Positions 1 through 10,755 of a stretch of 64,000 bases of DNA are shown here, piece after piece. Origin of the DNA: an uncultured Rivularia sp. (GTDB lineage: Bacteria; Cyanobacteriota; Cyanobacteriia; Cyanobacteriales; Nostocaceae); assembly GCA_963665115.1 (NCBI GenBank), contig OY762007.1:2720001-2784000 (forward strand), given 5' to 3'. Made by a program: the position numbers and the translations under genes. Each line of letters begins with the position of its first letter. Within the stretch, counting starts at the first letter, position 1. The notes under the pieces were generated by a model. It had not been told where the DNA came from, did no database searches, and saw only the letters and a program-made list of their open reading frames with translations.

Positions 1-270
1 GAAAGTTAAAACCATCATTCTAAAGAAAGGTAAAAATTGCTTTACTCGCAATCGCCATTCTTTAGCAACTTGTTCGGATAACCAAATTACTAATTTATCA
101 AAAACTTTGATAGTAATGTAGGAAATTGCGATGACAATCAGCCCTTGACTAATTTTCCAAGTCGTAATTTCTGTTATGATTTGTTTTGTTTGTTCGGCGG
201 TTTCTTTGGCTGCATCATTGGCAGATTGAGCTAAAACAAGATTAATAAAATTGAAAAATAGAGTGTTCAT
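1..270 (-). CDS. Partial (5' part) membrane protein, probably MscS-family mechanosensitive channel; runs off the window edge
   Basis: Manual translation from ATG at 270: MNTLFFNFINLVLAQSANDAAKETAEQTKQIITEITTWKISQGLIVIAISYITIKVFDKLVIWLSEQ...; hydrophobic helices, no stop before base 1. Family call is from resemblance and gene context. Confidence 0.5.
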   Translation of the reverse strand, partial: MNTLFFNFINLVLAQSANDAAKETAEQTKQIITEITTWKISQGLIVIAISYITIKVFDKLVIWLSEQVAKEWRLRVKQFLPFFRMMVLTF

Positions 271-420
271 ATTTGTGAAGATGGGTAATGGGTAGATGAG
301 GAGAGGGGGTAGAGGGGGTAGAGGGGGAAGAGGGGGAGACAAGGAGATGGGGAGAGAAAGATTTATAAACCGTTTGTTTGTAGTGTCCGCTCCGCAAGCT
401 CCCTAGTTGTTTTTAATCCC

Positions 421-515
421 CAATTAGCAATTAGCAATTAGCAATTCCCAATGCCCAATGCCCAATTACCAATTACCAATTACCAATTACCAATTACCAA
501 TTACCAATTACCAAT
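421..515. repeat. STRR heptamer tandem repeats (CAATTAG / CAATGCC / CAATTAC)
   Basis: Directly visible 7-mer tandem array. Similar tracts near 16771-16837, 20019-20050, 26859-26920, 46461-46485 and 54369-54410. Confidence 0.9.
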
Positions 516-1702
516 TAATCTGATTCATAAATAATAAAGTTGTTATTTGCTAATTCACTTTTTAATCGGGGATAATGAATCGAGTTAATAGTTAGTATTC
601 CACGTTTTTGCTCGATTAAACCCTTACGCCGCAACATTTGTACTTGACCTTTAACTAAAGTTTTTTCGTCTCCCAAACTCTCGCTGAGTGCGGATAAAGT
701 TAAATCCCCATGTAACAATAAAGAATATAAAATATAGTGTTCCTCTGGATTTAAACGCGGTAGATTAGGTAATTCGGGATTTTGCGCTTCCAGGATTTCT
801 TCAGTTTTTTTGTTTTCTTCGTTGTCTTCTTTATCTGTATCTTTATCTTGATAGCGTATTGAACTTAAAAATATTTGTACGGCTACAGTATTTACACCTT
901 CACTTAGATCCGCTAATTTTTGAAAATATCTACTTTGATAAGTTTCATTTTCTTCTGAATTAGAAAACTCTATATTAGGCTTAGAAAAATGAATATCAAA
1001 TTCAGAAACAATTGGTTCAAACCATGCTTGTAGTTGTTCGGCAGTAAGTCTGGGTAGCTCTAAATATTCACCACAGTAAGCTTTCAAGTGAGAAACATGA
1101 TCGAGGTATTCCCAACCTACTTTACCCCCACCAATTACCCAAAATCGAGAATCATCTTGAAGCAGCACATCTTGTAAATAATCAATTCCTTCCAAACCAT
1201 CAACGCAGCGTAAAAAACACCAGCTTAAATTAGAAATAACAACAACTTCCTGCTGTTTTGATTCTGCTGTTACCAATCCTCTACCTAATTGCTGCCGTAA
1301 TTTTGTTGGAATATCTTCAGCTTTTTCTGGTCTACCCATCCATTGTAAAGGTCGCAGTGGTATTTCTCGTTCCGATGCCCAATCTTGTAAGCTTTCAGTT
1401 AAAGTACGCGATACAGTTGTTACGGGAGAACTCAAAATAACCACAGAATTATCAGCCACTTCGGGATTGCTGCGCCATTTCTCGAAAGCTTCATCTAACT
1501 TTGACTGAATCGCTTCCATATCCGGATTATCGGTAGGTAGCTTATCGACAGCTGCAACTAATTTAGATGCAAGAGAAGGTGGTAACTCAATTAGGGATTT
1601 CTCAGGCTCTTGTGTTTCTTGCTCATCAGTCGAAAATCTAGACAGTAAAGTCTTCCGACGATCGAGGAACCAGGTTTCAAATCGATTAAAAAGTGTACCC
1701 AT
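515..1702 (-). CDS. Conserved hypothetical protein: degenerate P-loop-like domain plus C-terminal winged helix (MarR-like)
   Basis: ORF track, start trimmed to ATG of MGTLF. C-terminal ILYSLLLHGDLTLSALSESL...VQMLRRKGLI resembles a wHTH. Confidence 0.6.
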   Translation of the reverse strand: MGTLFNRFETWFLDRRKTLLSRFSTDEQETQEPEKSLIELPPSLASKLVAAVDKLPTDNPDMEAIQSKLDEAFEKWRSNPEVADNSVVILSSPVTTVSRTLTESLQDWASEREIPLRPLQWMGRPEKAEDIPTKLRQQLGRGLVTAESKQQEVVVISNLSWCFLRCVDGLEGIDYLQDVLLQDDSRFWVIGGGKVGWEYLDHVSHLKAYCGEYLELPRLTAEQLQAWFEPIVSEFDIHFSKPNIEFSNSEENETYQSRYFQKLADLSEGVNTVAVQIFLSSIRYQDKDTDKEDNEENKKTEEILEAQNPELPNLPRLNPEEHYILYSLLLHGDLTLSALSESLGDEKTLVKGQVQMLRRKGLIEQKRGILTINSIHYPRLKSELANNNFIIYESD

Positions 1703-1814
1703 TCCAGCTATTTTTCCCAGCTTGGTTATGAGTATCTTACCGTAATGAGTAGCGAGCAGTAAGCAGTGAGCAGTAAACAGTAAAAAATGGCTAGTTACCA
1801 CTAACAACTAACCT

Positions 1815-2963
1815 TCAAAGCTGATAATTATGCAACCAATCGGAAAATTCTTCCCCAGTCATCTGTTCTGGCTTTTCTTCCTTTTCTCTCTTCAATTTCT
1901 CGCTTTCGGTTTCGTAGTAGCGCATTTCTCCTCTTGCACTGCGAGTTTGAATAATTTTTAGCCGAGGAATGCGACGCTGTTCGTAATTAGCAAAAGCTTC
2001 ACCGAAATCAGATGCATTTGATAAGCAGTCTGCTAGCACCCATGCATCTTCAAAAGTAGTGTTTGAACCTTGCCCTAAAGCAGGAGCCATTGGGTGTGCT
2101 GCATCACCGAGCAAAGTTACTTTATTCTTACTCCAAGAATCTAAGGGCAATCGATCGCAAATTCCTCCTTCTAAAATTCTTTCAGATGGAGTTGCTTCTA
2201 CCAAAGTACGTAATGGTTTTCCCCATTCAGCTATTTTGTTTAATACGCGAGTTTTTGCTTGATCTTTATTTTTAGAAAGAGAATAATCCGATGATTTTTG
2301 GCGATAAAGCCAAGCAATATCTCCATCACCAACATTTAACAAGTACATAAATTCCCTATGTGCTGTAACAAAACCCAACTCACCGGGTTTTAATACTTGT
2401 TGGTTAGATTTAATTACAGCACGCCAAGACATACTATTTAAAAAACGAGGTTCGCCATCTGCAATTAAATTTTCCCTAACCGCAGATTTGATTCCATCAG
2501 CACCAATTAGTAAATCGGTGCGAACTGTTTCTTTGTTATCAAAATATACATCTACACCTTCATCATTTTGGGAAAAACCAGTACAGCGATGATTGAGATG
2601 AATAATGTTTGTAGGTAATTTTGATGCTAAAATTTGCTGCAATCGCCACCACCAAACTGTTATTAAAGGAAAGCCATATTTATCTTCAAATCTATTATTA
2701 GTTTGGTTAGTGCGAATAGTTTCACCTTGAGTATTTTTTAAAACAGTTTGTTTTACGTGACAACCAGAATTTTTAATTGATTCAACTATCCCAGGTTCAA
2801 TTGCATCTAAACTTTTCAAACCATTTGGCAGCAAACCCAAGCCGCCACCTACAGGACGAAAATCTTGGGCTTTCTCGTAAACTTGAACGTTATAGCCTTT
2901 TTTGTGCAGCGCGATCGCACAAGCTAAACCTCCCAAACCAGCACCTACAATAGCTATTCTCAT
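1815..2963 (-). CDS. FAD-dependent monooxygenase (salicylate hydroxylase/UbiH-like)
   Basis: GAGLGG dinucleotide-binding motif, DLLIGADG, LLGDAAHPMAPALGQG. Confidence 0.9.
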   Translation of the reverse strand: MRIAIVGAGLGGLACAIALHKKGYNVQVYEKAQDFRPVGGGLGLLPNGLKSLDAIEPGIVESIKNSGCHVKQTVLKNTQGETIRTNQTNNRFEDKYGFPLITVWWWRLQQILASKLPTNIIHLNHRCTGFSQNDEGVDVYFDNKETVRTDLLIGADGIKSAVRENLIADGEPRFLNSMSWRAVIKSNQQVLKPGELGFVTAHREFMYLLNVGDGDIAWLYRQKSSDYSLSKNKDQAKTRVLNKIAEWGKPLRTLVEATPSERILEGGICDRLPLDSWSKNKVTLLGDAAHPMAPALGQGSNTTFEDAWVLADCLSNASDFGEAFANYEQRRIPRLKIIQTRSARGEMRYYETESEKLKREKEEKPEQMTGEEFSDWLHNYQL

Positions 2964-3315
2964 AGTGAACAGTTAACAGTGAGCAGTGAGCAGTTAACAA
3001 TTATTGGATTCTAATTAAATAATAACAATTAAGCGACTTACAAAAAATAATTTATCCAAAATAATCGTAGTGCGTTCGCCATAGAATGTACCTTTCTCAC
3101 TTGAGATATATAGCTTTTAGAAACCAGATTTATTTTTGTGAAAACATAATTATTGCGTTTTGCAATCAACAAGAAACCTGGTTTGCGGAAACTGCTGCAA
3201 GATGTGAATAACAACTAATAGCCAACAACCAATATTAAAAAAAACACCCAGCCAACCAATTAGTTACTAGGTGTAAAAATTCAAAAACCTATTTAACTGT
3301 TCGCTGTTAACTGAT

Positions 3316-6300
3316 TTAAGCAATGCTATCAATCTTGATAACGATATCATTGAAATCTTTATCGCCACCACCGGGTAAATCTTCAAAACCGAAGGTGTTA
3401 CTATCCAACAACTTGATATGGTCAAAATTTCCGTCGTCGCTGTTAGCACCCAAGTATGGAAAGTAAACTTCTGCTGCACCGCTTAGTGCTTCGGATAAAT
3501 TACCATCAGCAATGATTACGGGAACCACAATAGAACCTGCACTAAATTCAAAACTTCCACTTTCTGTGTTGTCGTCGCTGATGGAGAATTCAGGAGAAAC
3601 CAAGTTGCTCAAAGCTGCTGCCATATAACCTTCGTCACCAACTTCTACGCCGCCAACACTACCGTTGATATCGTCAACTTTGTAGAAGTAAACTTCATTA
3701 TCGAAATCAGCTTCTCTGCTTATGGTGAAGTTTACTGTTGCTTTATCGGTGAAGCCACGTAAGTCAATTATCTCAATCGTAGTTCCATCAACATCTGTAG
3801 TAAATATTTCATTCTCCCCAGATGCTTCGAGGGTAGCAATTTCGTAAAGTGTGGTGGTTTTGCTTTCTTCGTTAGCAACTGCCAACATTGCTTCACCGTT
3901 AGGGCTTTCTTCAGCCGCAATAAATTTCAATCCTTCAGGAGCAATATCTCCTTGGGTACGAATATATTGATTAAATTTTGGTGCGGTTGGGTTGCTCAGA
4001 TCGTAAACTAGCACGCCACCACCAGCACGTTCTAAACCAACGAATCCGTAAGGCTTTCCATCTATAATTCCTACGGTGACAGATTCAGGTTCGGCACCTT
4101 TATCATCGGAGCGTTCGTCAAACTCCTCTGATACTCCATCGTTAGCATTAAAGAGTTCGGGAGTTTGAGATGCAAGAATTTGAGCGATTTGATCGCCGCT
4201 ATCAAATACTTGGTTGCCAAATTCATCCCAAATCGAGAAGGAACGAGCGCCATAACTGAAGATTTGGTCAACGTCGCCATCTCCATCAGTATCGCCCATC
4301 GTTGTAGTGGTTTTGAGACGACCAAGATTTTCATCTGCTTGTAAGGTAGCAGCGTCAGGGAAAACTGTAGGATCGAGTTGTAAATCTTTGACTCGCGTTT
4401 CTTCGCTAAAACCACCGTAATCTCTTGCATCACCTTCGTTAGCTGTAATGTAGTAAGTCTTACCATCTACTTCAAAGCTATCGATTGCATCTGGCTGATA
4501 CATTCCCAAAGTGGGATGATTTTGAATGTCAATACTGTCATCTTTATCGCTCGCATCAAATTTATTCCCTCCATCAAAATCGATAATTCCTAATACAACT
4601 GGTGTGGGGTTAGGATTTACCGGAACTGTTCCGTCAACGGGAATATCTTCGTCAAGTAAACCAAAGTCGTTGTCATTAAGAACGGCCAAACGACCATCAT
4701 CTAAAATAGCTAAACCTTCGGGTTTGTCACCAGCTTGATAACCAATTGAAGGTAGGTTTGTAACTTTGATCTTGTTGACAAAATTGATGCCTTGAGCTTC
4801 TAATTCATCAGCGGTGTGTTGCTCAAGAGTTTTTCCTGGTAACAAGGAAGTAGTATTAAGGACGTTAGTTGCACCTTTGAGGTCAATTTCAAAAATGAAC
4901 TTATCCGCATCCGCACCAACTTCCGAATCGCGCTCGATAACCTGGAATTTTCCGTCACCGGAGTAAACCGCGTCACCAATTTTATCAACTCTTCCACCAG
5001 GACGAACTGCTGGATCTTCGAGTAAGTAAACGTATTCCGAAACTGCTTCACCTGTAGTAGGATTAATACCCAAAATCCGAATTACATCGGAAGCGTTAGA
5101 AGCTGCGCGATCTGGATTTGCTAAAGGAGTCTGGATAAATGCGTAGAGAATATTTTCGTCAGTATCCAGAGCTACAGCTTCAAAACCACGATTGCTGCGG
5201 CGATTGGAATATTCTTCCGGTAAAGTTTCTGCTCCGTAGGTTCCTGCGGCTTGACCACCTAATGCACCAGTTCCCGATGGTACAAAGCGTTCAATTAATT
5301 TACCAGTAGAATCAAAATTGTAAATAGCCGGACGGTATTCATCAACCATCCAGAAGCTACCGTCAGGAGCAATGACAACACCTTCTAAGTCAGCACCAAA
5401 TTCGTCATAACCGAGCAGATTACCAAACAAATCTACAGGTTCTTCATCAACTCCAGCAATGTTAGGACGACCAGTAATAGGAGTTGTGCCGTCTTTTCTG
5501 GTTAATAAAACTTCCGATAAATTTTCGATTGCACCAGTAGATTCGTTAAGTTCAAACTTGACAACTCGTGCTTGATAGTCTGGTAAAGCAAAAGGACGCT
5601 CGTCATCACCGTCACCGTTTACATCTCCAGAATTACCATTTGGACCTCGATCGGGAACGGTAACAAATTTTAAGTTACCATTCTCAGTCCCTTCATAAAA
5701 AAGACCTGATAAACCACCAAGTAAAATATCTTGTCCTGCGGTAGTTTCGGTAGAATCTTCGGGATTTGTTGTAGCAGTTGTACCGAGTACGGATAAATTA
5801 GAGAACTCGTATTGTTTAAGGGTTGGTTGACCTTTGCTGTGGTTTTTGTAACCTAAAGGTAAAACATCTTGTACGGTTGCAGTTTCAATATCAACAACTG
5901 CGATCGCGTTGTTTTCTTGCAGGGTAATAACTGCTGTTTTACCGTCTCCTGATATCGCAACGTATTCTGGTTCTAAATCTTGAGCAACAGTTGCATTTGG
6001 CCCATAAATCCGCACGCCTTTATTAATTAAAGCTTGCTTTTGGTCGTTGAAACCCGTAAAATCTGCTGTTGTTACTGTAGCGCTAGCAACTCCATTGGAA
6101 ATATCAACTATGCTAATAGAACCATTCGGATCTACAGTATAATCATCATTTGGTTCGCCTTCATTCGCGACAATTACCTTATTACCATCGGCGGTAAAGG
6201 TAAGCATATCGGGAAGCGCACCAACTGTAACAGAATTTTGGAATACACCATCAGCATTGTAGAAAGCAACTACACCACTATCTTGCTTGGTATCAGCTTC

Positions 6301-6534
6301 AACAGCTACAGCAATAATCCCGTTTTTAACTGCAACGCTATTAGAACCACCACCGATAGTTGTAATATCAATTTCACCAAACTTTGTAGGGTTAGTTGGG
6401 TTACTAATATCGATAATTTCAACGGTGTCCCCAGTAGTTATAAATAACCTTTGAGTAGTTGAATCGTGTGCAACAATTTCCGCACCATTTTCACTTGTAA
6501 AAGTACCGATTTGACTAAGATTAACTTTATTCAT
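3316..6534 (-). CDS. Alkaline-phosphatase-like protein: choice-of-anchor I domain with an inserted phytase-like esterase domain, C-terminal DUF4114
   Basis: VGALPDMLTF, ANEGEP, DLEPEY, MYQPD, ANEGD, RSDDKGAEPE; inserted PDRGPN...DEYRP...NRGFE...NDNDFG; terminal FGFEDLPGGGDKDFND. Confidence 0.8.
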   Translation of the reverse strand: MNKVNLSQIGTFTSENGAEIVAHDSTTQRLFITTGDTVEIIDISNPTNPTKFGEIDITTIGGGSNSVAVKNGIIAVAVEADTKQDSGVVAFYNADGVFQNSVTVGALPDMLTFTADGNKVIVANEGEPNDDYTVDPNGSISIVDISNGVASATVTTADFTGFNDQKQALINKGVRIYGPNATVAQDLEPEYVAISGDGKTAVITLQENNAIAVVDIETATVQDVLPLGYKNHSKGQPTLKQYEFSNLSVLGTTATTNPEDSTETTAGQDILLGGLSGLFYEGTENGNLKFVTVPDRGPNGNSGDVNGDGDDERPFALPDYQARVVKFELNESTGAIENLSEVLLTRKDGTTPITGRPNIAGVDEEPVDLFGNLLGYDEFGADLEGVVIAPDGSFWMVDEYRPAIYNFDSTGKLIERFVPSGTGALGGQAAGTYGAETLPEEYSNRRSNRGFEAVALDTDENILYAFIQTPLANPDRAASNASDVIRILGINPTTGEAVSEYVYLLEDPAVRPGGRVDKIGDAVYSGDGKFQVIERDSEVGADADKFIFEIDLKGATNVLNTTSLLPGKTLEQHTADELEAQGINFVNKIKVTNLPSIGYQAGDKPEGLAILDDGRLAVLNDNDFGLLDEDIPVDGTVPVNPNPTPVVLGIIDFDGGNKFDASDKDDSIDIQNHPTLGMYQPDAIDSFEVDGKTYYITANEGDARDYGGFSEETRVKDLQLDPTVFPDAATLQADENLGRLKTTTTMGDTDGDGDVDQIFSYGARSFSIWDEFGNQVFDSGDQIAQILASQTPELFNANDGVSEEFDERSDDKGAEPESVTVGIIDGKPYGFVGLERAGGGVLVYDLSNPTAPKFNQYIRTQGDIAPEGLKFIAAEESPNGEAMLAVANEESKTTTLYEIATLEASGENEIFTTDVDGTTIEIIDLRGFTDKATVNFTISREADFDNEVYFYKVDDINGSVGGVEVGDEGYMAAALSNLVSPEFSISDDNTESGSFEFSAGSIVVPVIIADGNLSEALSGAAEVYFPYLGANSDDGNFDHIKLLDSNTFGFEDLPGGGDKDFNDIVIKIDSIA

Positions 6535-6719
6535 TTTTTCTTCAGGCTAATGATAATTAATGAATGGTTCGTAATTGTTAGCTATAAAAAAAGCAACAGT
6601 TAAACCACAAGTATTAAAGAAGTTACCACTAGTTGAAATTACAGCCAAGGATTGTAAGTTACTTTTGTTATATGAATAACAATTGCTTAATCAAAGCATA
6701 ATTTAATGTTAATAAAAGA

Positions 6720-6778
6720 GGTTCGTAGTAGTGCTTTAGCGCCTCCGATCGGAAGCGTTAAAACGCAAACTACGAACC
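6720..6778. repeat. REP-like inverted pair (GTTCGTAG...CTACGAAC family)
   Basis: ggttcgtagtagtgctttagcgc...gcgttaaaacgcaaactacgaacc; same family near 46385, 61270, 61680 and 61860. Confidence 0.7.
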
Positions 6779-6808
6779 TAAAAAAAACTAGTAAACTACC
6801 TGCTTACC

Positions 6809-6917
6809 AATACTCCACCACATTAATTGTGCGGGGTATCTGGGAGCGTCTCGCTCGCTAGTTGTCACGAGGGAGCGAGACGCTCCCACTGCGAATGTTT
6901 TACCCAGCAAAATTAAT
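6809..6917. mobile_element. Single degenerate TIR-bounded MITE-like cassette (type A)
   Basis: atactccaccacattaattgtgcggggt...acccagcaaaattaat, with internal gggagcgtctcgctc/gagcgagacgctccc hairpin; related to units at 25141 and 25399. Confidence 0.65.
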
Positions 6918-7075
6918 ATAACCGCAAAGGGCGCAAAGAGCGCGGAGAGAAAAAATATTGGAGAGTTAAAAAGTTTATTGACCTATCTATTTTATGGGAC
7001 AGACCACTAATGGGAACAATAAATGAGATTTGCAGCATACAAATTTTGACACCTACCAAAAATCTAATGCTATTA

Positions 7076-7090
7076 TGATAACGATTATCA
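7076..7090 (+). promoter_or_regulatory. Zur box overlapping an extended -10
   Basis: TGATAACGATTATCA (7-1-7 palindrome), identical to the box upstream of znuA; TGcTATTAT at 7068-7076. Confidence 0.8.
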
Positions 7091-7105
7091 TTATTAGTTT
7101 TTTTT

Positions 7106-8350
7106 ATGGAAAGTAATCCACCACACTTGTTGAGGAAAATCGATTTAGCAATTATCGGTGCTGGGGGCCTCACGCTCTAACTTTAGTTACTCATCTGCTA
7201 CAAAAACGTCAAAAAATCCGTTCCAAAATTGCCGTATTTGATCCAAGTGGAAAATGGATGAGTCGGTGGGAGCATCAGTTTGCAGCATTGGAAATACCGC
7301 ATTTACGTTCTCCTGCGGTTCATCATCCAGATCCAAATCCTTTTGCTTTACGTAAGTTCGCAGAGAATCGCTCTAATGAATTTTTTCCTCCCTACGATTT
7401 ACCGGGAACTCGATTATTTAACGATTTTTGTCAGGATGTAATTCGTAGTTGGGATTTAGAAAATACAGTTCGAGGTGAAAAGATTACTCGAATTCAACCG
7501 TTAAATAATCCTTTTGGATCGCAGTTTCGTTTGTGGTTGGGTTCTGGAAAATCAATATTAGCTCGTCGGGTAGTATTAGCAACTGGTAGCAGTCAACTAC
7601 AAACACCTAATTGGGTAAACCAAATTAATCAAAATTATCCCGAAGATAAACTTTGTCATTCAACAACAGTAGATTTACGTAAACTACATTTAGCTGGTGA
7701 AAAAGTCTTGATTATTGGTGGAGGGTTAACAAGCGGACATTTAGCGGTAGGTGCAATGTCTCGTGGAGCCGAAGTGCAGATATCAATGCGACGACAGTTA
7801 CAGGAAAAGATATTTGACGCGGATGCTGGTTGGTTGGGACCAAAATATCTCAAAGGATTTTTTGCAGAACCAGATTTTGAAAAGCGTTTTGAAATGATTC
7901 AACAAGCGCGAAATGGCGGTTCTATGACTCCTGCAATGGTAACGCAGCTAAGACGACAAATGCATAATGGTAAGTTGAGAATTCAGGAAAACACGCAAGT
8001 TGTTGGGGCTGAATGGACGGATAATCAATGGTTAGTAAAATTTACTGATGGGGAGCAAAAACGATTTCATCGCATTTGGTTATCTACCGGAACCCGATTC
8101 GATGTCAATTCCGAACCTTTATTAAAGGAAGTTTTACAAGCATATCCAATACCTGTCATCAATGGTTTACCCGTGTTAGATGATAACTTACGTTGGCGCG
8201 GTTGTTCGTTATTTATTATGGGTGGGTTAGCGGCTTTACAAATCGGGGCCGACAGCGAGAAATTTATCAGGTGCAAGAATGGCAAGTGATAAAATGCTTA
8301 AGGCGATTATTAAATCTGATGTAGTTCAAAATCAAGCTAAAATTGCTTGA
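7106..8350 (+). CDS. FAD/NAD(P)-dependent oxidoreductase (class B flavin monooxygenase-like); two apparent frameshifts (7163-7167, 8245-8248)
   Basis: Reconstructed N-terminus IDLAIIGAGPHAL, LRSP motif, second Rossmann motif IIGGGLTSGH, C-terminal IGPTARNLSGARMA after removing extra Gs. Confidence 0.75.
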
Positions 8351-8565
8351 GTCTTCTAAAACTATCAAGAAAAAGATATTGAGTTTAGAAAGAGCGTGTA
8401 CTCCGAAATTTTAAAATCTTTGGTTTATACTACTCCATAGAGCGTCAGCGATAGATTTAGCTGAGGAACGTTAAAAACTATGATGATTCCAAAATGAACA
8501 GATTGCGGTAGCATGATTTAAGTCTACTACCGGGTCAATTTATATACTGTTTTATAGGAATCATT

Positions 8566-10755
8566 ATGGTAAATACCTCAACAACTTTCCCAGATATCAA
8601 AAACCATTGGGCGCGTAAATTTATTGAAGCTCTGGCAACGCGAAGAATTTTAAATGGTTATCCCGATGGTAGTTTTCGTCCCAATAACTCAGTAACGAGG
8701 GCAGAGTTTGCTGCAATTGTTACTTCAACTTTTCATCAAATCCCCAAGAAGCGGGACTATATACCTTTTGTTGATGTTCCAAGAAATCATTGGGCATTTT
8801 CTGCAATTAAAAAGTCTTACGAAACAGTTTTTATTACCGGATTTCCTAATCGTGAATTTCGCCCTAAAAATCGCATCACGCGGGCAAATGCTTTAGTCTC
8901 AATTATCAGCGGTTTGGGATTTACTAGCAGTGTCGATCGGGATTTATTAACCGCTTTACCACAAATATATCGGGATTACGATCAAATTCCAGACTACGCA
9001 AAAATAGCTATGGCTATCTCTACAAAAGCGGGTTTGGTTGCAAGTCATCCAGATATTACATTACTAAATCCCACTTTAGCAGCGACTCGTGCAGATATTT
9101 CTGTCTTTGTTTATCAAGCTTTAGTTTATTTAGAAGAAGCTGAAAAAATTGCATCTGATTATTTAGTTTATCCACAATCTGTAACGCCAAATCCAGATAA
9201 AACTCGTGAATACGACATTATTTGTTTCGGTGATGAAGTTCCTGGTGTTTTAAGTTTGGTATGTGCTTCGCGGGAATATCATCGTCGCACTGGTAAATAT
9301 CCGCGCAGCTTATTATTATTTAAAGGAAATTCTCAATTAGGAATTGGCGGACATTTGGTTAGAGGTGGTTTATCTTATCTCGATCGTTCATCCGTTCCTA
9401 TTTCAATCCGTCAGCAGTACGATTTAGATACTTTCGGAGATTCACCGGCAATTTATGATGAATTTCTGGAACGTTCTGGAGTTTATCAAATCGCTTTAGA
9501 TCCGCAAAATGCTAATCTTACTTTACGTCAGATGTTGCTTGAAGTAAGAGCTAATATTTTAAGTAATGCGGAAATTAAGTCGGTAATTAAAGAAGGAAAT
9601 AATATTAGTGTTGTTGAATTAATTCGAGGTGAATTTTACAAAGCAAATTATTTTATTGACTGTACTGTAAATGCCGAGTTAGCACAATTTGCTGGAGTTA
9701 AGAAATTAAGAGGTTTTGAAACATTTGGTTTGCCCGATTCCGAATTATCGGTAACTTTAACTTTTCAAACTAAAGGATTAACTGTAGATAGATTAAAGCA
9801 GATTGAATATGAATATTTAGAAGGTTTCACGGATCGAGCTAATACCGAATTTCAAAACTTACTTAATATTGCTGCTGGTAATAATTCAGATTTTGCCGAT
9901 TACCTGAGACAAGATCTAATTGATAAAAATGGCAACTTGAAAACGATGTACGCGGGTAGAGACTACATCGATGTTCGCTCCAAAGCTTTATCAATTGCTT
10001 ATCATAGCTTCCGAGGGACTCCACTATATCTACAAACCAGCGGAAGTATTCTTGATAATGGCAATATCGCGATTTTAAATAACAATACATTGTCTTGGAA
10101 TGCTTTATTGTTCGATGTTAATGCAACACAAGCAGAAAATTTAGCCAGAAATAAAGCTTTACCGACATCCGCAATGCTTGGGGAAATGGAATTTGTCGCT
10201 CAGTGGTTTAAAAATATTGGTGCTACTGAAATAATTCCAGCTTCCGAATTATACATTCGTCATGCAGGAAATGTTACCGGAGTCGTAGAACCTTTAACGG
10301 GAGCAGAAATGCTTGCTGGAGGAGTTCCAGAAAATGAAGCTTTAGGAACTTTTGGCTACCATTTTGATATTCGTGGAGGTATCAAAGGTTTGGGTAATAG
10401 AGCTTTGGAAAAAGGATTAGAGCAATTTAGTTTACATTTACCACCGTTATCCAACTTTGGTATTCAACACGCTTTAGTAAAAGATGTTCCAAATCTTGCT
10501 GTTATCAGCCCCGCTTCTGGATTTGAAGGTTATGCTTGCTCCGCTGGTAGAATCGTTGAATTTAACTGCGGTGTTGGGCAAGGTGTTGGAATTGGAATTG
10601 GTATTGCATTATCTGAAAATCGTAATTTGGCAGAAATTTCTAATTTAGAAGTGCGGGAAGTTTTGGTAGATACGCAGCGTTTACCGAAGATATATGGAGT
10701 TAGCTATATTGAGCAAGCGCGGGAATTGGATGTTTTTGAGAACTTGATTGCTTGA
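8566..10755 (+). CDS. S-layer homology (SLH) domain protein fused to an FAD-dependent oxidoreductase-like domain
   Basis: Three SLH repeats (FPDIKNHWA...GYPDGSFRPNNSVTRAEFA), then YDIICFGDEVPG and FIDCTVNAELA. Confidence 0.75.
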   Translation: MVNTSTTFPDIKNHWARKFIEALATRRILNGYPDGSFRPNNSVTRAEFAAIVTSTFHQIPKKRDYIPFVDVPRNHWAFSAIKKSYETVFITGFPNREFRPKNRITRANALVSIISGLGFTSSVDRDLLTALPQIYRDYDQIPDYAKIAMAISTKAGLVASHPDITLLNPTLAATRADISVFVYQALVYLEEAEKIASDYLVYPQSVTPNPDKTREYDIICFGDEVPGVLSLVCASREYHRRTGKYPRSLLLFKGNSQLGIGGHLVRGGLSYLDRSSVPISIRQQYDLDTFGDSPAIYDEFLERSGVYQIALDPQNANLTLRQMLLEVRANILSNAEIKSVIKEGNNISVVELIRGEFYKANYFIDCTVNAELAQFAGVKKLRGFETFGLPDSELSVTLTFQTKGLTVDRLKQIEYEYLEGFTDRANTEFQNLLNIAAGNNSDFADYLRQDLIDKNGNLKTMYAGRDYIDVRSKALSIAYHSFRGTPLYLQTSGSILDNGNIAILNNNTLSWNALLFDVNATQAENLARNKALPTSAMLGEMEFVAQWFKNIGATEIIPASELYIRHAGNVTGVVEPLTGAEMLAGGVPENEALGTFGYHFDIRGGIKGLGNRALEKGLEQFSLHLPPLSNFGIQHALVKDVPNLAVISPASGFEGYACSAGRIVEFNCGVGQGVGIGIGIALSENRNLAEISNLEVREVLVDTQRLPKIYGVSYIEQARELDVFENLIA

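Noticed and set aside
6540..6720. Pho box upstream of the phosphatase gene
   Set aside because: Only weak TTAA matches in very AT-rich DNA, without convincing 11-bp periodicity.
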